Shown here piece by piece: positions 23,409-25,175 of a stretch of DNA of 25,175 nucleotides; position 1 is the first letter of the stretch; each line of letters opens with the position of its first letter. The stretch covers positions 1 through 25,175 of IMG/VR virus record IMGVR_UViG_3300042458_003117; one strand, given 5' to 3'. Source of the stretch: a virus. Lineage: Duplodnaviria > Caudoviricetes. The position numbers and the translations under genes were made by a program. Under the pieces are notes generated by a model. It was given only the letters and a program-made list of their open reading frames with translations. It did no database searches and was not told where the DNA came from.

Positions 23409-23949
23409 GTTTTTTCTTTTTGTGATGTTTGGTTCGTGAGTTGCGGTAAGTCTTGCGTGCCTTCTCGCTGCGCATGGCTCGGGAAGGCGGAAGGTTCAGT
23501 TGCTGAGTGATGTCAACGCAGCGCTTCGAGACGGCGGCGCGGGTCACGCCATGGCGCTTGGCGATGCTCGTCATGCTCTCGCCGTTGTAGGCGCTGAGTC
23601 CGAGAGCGACGGCCAGGCACTCGACGGTGAGCCGGGTGTTGCCTTCCGAGATCAGGTCCGCGACGAAGTGACGGAGCACCTCGATGGCATCGTGATTGAT
23701 CGTGTCGGTCTGTTCATCATCGCGATCGACCAAGGCCGCGATGTCGGGTTCATGGCTGGCCGCAGATGAGTCAGCCATGTCTTGCTCTGCCGCTCCATTG
23801 CCGTGTCGTTGGACGCAGGATTTGAGCACGCCTAGCTTCTCAGCCTCGCGTCGTTCCTGCGGGGTCATGGACTTCACCCATGCCTCGTATTCGCGCTCAT
23901 ACTGGGCGTCGCGTTGTGATTGCTTTTTGGCGTAGTCGTCGGAGTTCAT
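23377..23949 (-). CDS. Protein with sigma70 region-4-like HTH
   Basis: GESMTSIAKRHGVTRAAVSKR; SD AAAGGAGG; ATGA overlap at 23946-23949. Confidence 0.65.
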   Translation of the reverse strand: MNSDDYAKKQSQRDAQYEREYEAWVKSMTPQERREAEKLGVLKSCVQRHGNGAAEQDMADSSAASHEPDIAALVDRDDEQTDTINHDAIEVLRHFVADLISEGNTRLTVECLAVALGLSAYNGESMTSIAKRHGVTRAAVSKRCVDITQQLNLPPSRAMRSEKARKTYRNSRTKHHKKKKHGHPYQSTKS

Positions 23950-24230
23950 GGCTGACCTCCTTTCCGTCCAGCCCACAAGCCGGTCTTGTGATCGTAGCAA
24001 AGCGTTCCCCGTTTCCGAGCACAGCCAAAGACCTTCTCAGCATCATCAAGGGACATCCCGAAGGACTCGCAGATGTAGCCAAGAACCTGGCTGTTTTTGG
24101 GTCGATAGAGCTCTGGTCGATTTGGCCAATGATCGAGTGGAGGCATGAAGTCCAACTCTGGCCATAGGTGCATGTGCTTCGATGTCCGGGGAATTTTCCG
24201 GGGCTTTTTTGACCGATGTCTAGGGTTCAT
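23946..24230 (-). CDS. Small protein paralogous to the helicase C-terminal domain
   Basis: MPPL...SQVLGYI...LDDAEKVFGC...GTLCYDHKTGLWAGR aligns with the helicase tail. Confidence 0.7.
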   Translation of the reverse strand: MNPRHRSKKPRKIPRTSKHMHLWPELDFMPPLDHWPNRPELYRPKNSQVLGYICESFGMSLDDAEKVFGCARKRGTLCYDHKTGLWAGRKGGQP

Positions 24231-24297
24231 ATTCACCCGTACGATCTGCGTCAACGATGACAGAAATCGTGCTGTCGCTCTTACTAGCGTCACAGCA

Positions 24298-24467
24298 AAC
24301 GCGAATACTGGTTCACCAGTTCGCGTTGTTATACTACGTATAACTGTCAGGTTCCCAGTAAGGCACCTTACATAGGGAAAATACTTTTCGTTAGATTTGA
24401 CGGGTTCAAATGGGTTCAAACCAATTTGAATCCTAGGTTCAAACCCTAGCATGATGAGGGGTTCAAA
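24298..24467. other. Putative replication origin: palindromes plus GGGTTCAAA iterons
   Basis: Iterons at 24402, 24412, 24425 (inverted), 24435 and 24459; four short palindromes in 24298-24389; AT-richer; abuts the helicase stop. Confidence 0.6.
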
Positions 24468-25175
24468 CTGCATAATTGCGCCCCCTCCACAGGCGAGTAG
24501 CTTTGTCGAAAACGAGAGGTCCCGCCTTCATGTTAGCGAAGCAGTAGAAGACGCGTTGTGCCTCCTTGAGAGTGCAGTCACCATCGAGCTCAGCGATGCG
24601 ATCCGAGATGTAGGCGAGCACACCGGATTCCTGGGCGATGCGTCCATTCGGCAATGGCGGCATGTTCTCCACGGCCTTGCCATAGCGGTCAGCAGTGCTG
24701 CCCATCTTGTAGGTGGCCTTTGCCTTCTCGCTCTTGGAATTGGCCTGAGGGGCCTTGAGAGCCGCAGGATCAGCGTTGCGGTCGGCGATGAAGATCGACT
24801 CGCACCAGCGGACGACAAACGGCTTCACGGGCGGCAGAGCGCGCAGCGTAAGGTCGATGACATGAGCATCATCTTCCTCGTGGGGCGTCATCGTGAGAAT
24901 GACATCGGGGTCACGAGCGAACACACCCGAGCCACCGATCCGGTCGATGGACTCCTTGCCCGCCTGGTTGCCCTTCGAGAAGTGCGCGCCGAACACGGCC
25001 GCGGCTCCTGACTTCGCCGCCAGCTGCTCGACCTCATTGAGCAGGCTTGCGATGTCGCCGGCGTCGTTCTCATTCCGTGCGCCGAGGCCCTTGTAGATCG
25101 GGTCGATCAGGATCAGCGAATACCCGGTGTCGCGGATGCGCCCGAGGATCTTCGGGATGAGCGCGGAGAAGTCGG
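24463..25175 (-). CDS. RepA/AAA_25 (SF4-like) replicative helicase, 3' part
   Basis: Frame is open to the window edge: LILIDPIYK (Walker B), NENDAGD, AHFSKG, GSGVFARDPD. Confidence 0.88.
   Translation of the reverse strand, partial: DFSALIPKILGRIRDTGYSLILIDPIYKGLGARNENDAGDIASLLNEVEQLAAKSGAAAVFGAHFSKGNQAGKESIDRIGGSGVFARDPDVILTMTPHEEDDAHVIDLTLRALPPVKPFVVRWCESIFIADRNADPAALKAPQANSKSEKAKATYKMGSTADRYGKAVENMPPLPNGRIAQESGVLAYISDRIAELDGDCTLKEAQRVFYCFANMKAGPLVFDKATRLWRGRNYAV

Larger units (their letters stand above)
1..25175 (-). mobile_element. Lambda-like temperate phage/prophage, internal segment from replication to tail genes
   Basis: Co-oriented terS, GpA-type terL, lambda-type portal, S49 protease, capsid, tail genes and G/GT frameshift; helicase at the right edge. 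Element ends are not in the window. Confidence 0.95.

Noticed and set aside
24231-24473. N-terminal extension of ORF 23946-24473
   Set aside because: It only translates the iteron and palindrome region (FEP repeats); the start at 24230 fits better, though the longer start is not excluded.

Overview
The whole window is the interior of a lambda-like temperate siphophage or prophage, transcribed mostly on the minus strand. It has no integrase, att site or host flank. A Verrucomicrobiota host is only my impression. Reading right to left, it contains: (1) a RepA/AAA_25 helicase with an iteron and palindrome origin-like region, plus a free-standing copy of the helicase C-terminal domain; (2) sigma-r4-like and LmbU-like regulators, a tRNA-fMet-like gene with a shortened D-arm, and a PD-(D/E)XK nuclease; (3) a divergent accessory block (amidoligase, DUF2786, AAA ATPase) with a repeated upstream module; (4) an HNH gene; (5) a candidate DNA-modification operon (ParB, ParB-ParB-methyltransferase, HAD, CmoA-like carboxy-SAM synthase); (6) two toxin-antitoxin-like cassettes stacked in tandem and separated by a terS'/cmoA' chimeric scar; (7) terS/terL, lysis genes, gpW, portal, S49 protease with nested scaffold, capsid, neck/tail genes and a G/GT -1 frameshift; and (8) a moron at the left edge. 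The two most notable signals are the CmoA plus ParB-MTase locus (possible DNA carboxymethylation) and a TTGAC(A) box 13-16 nt upstream of 13 start codons. All family assignments come from motif recognition by eye, not from database searches.
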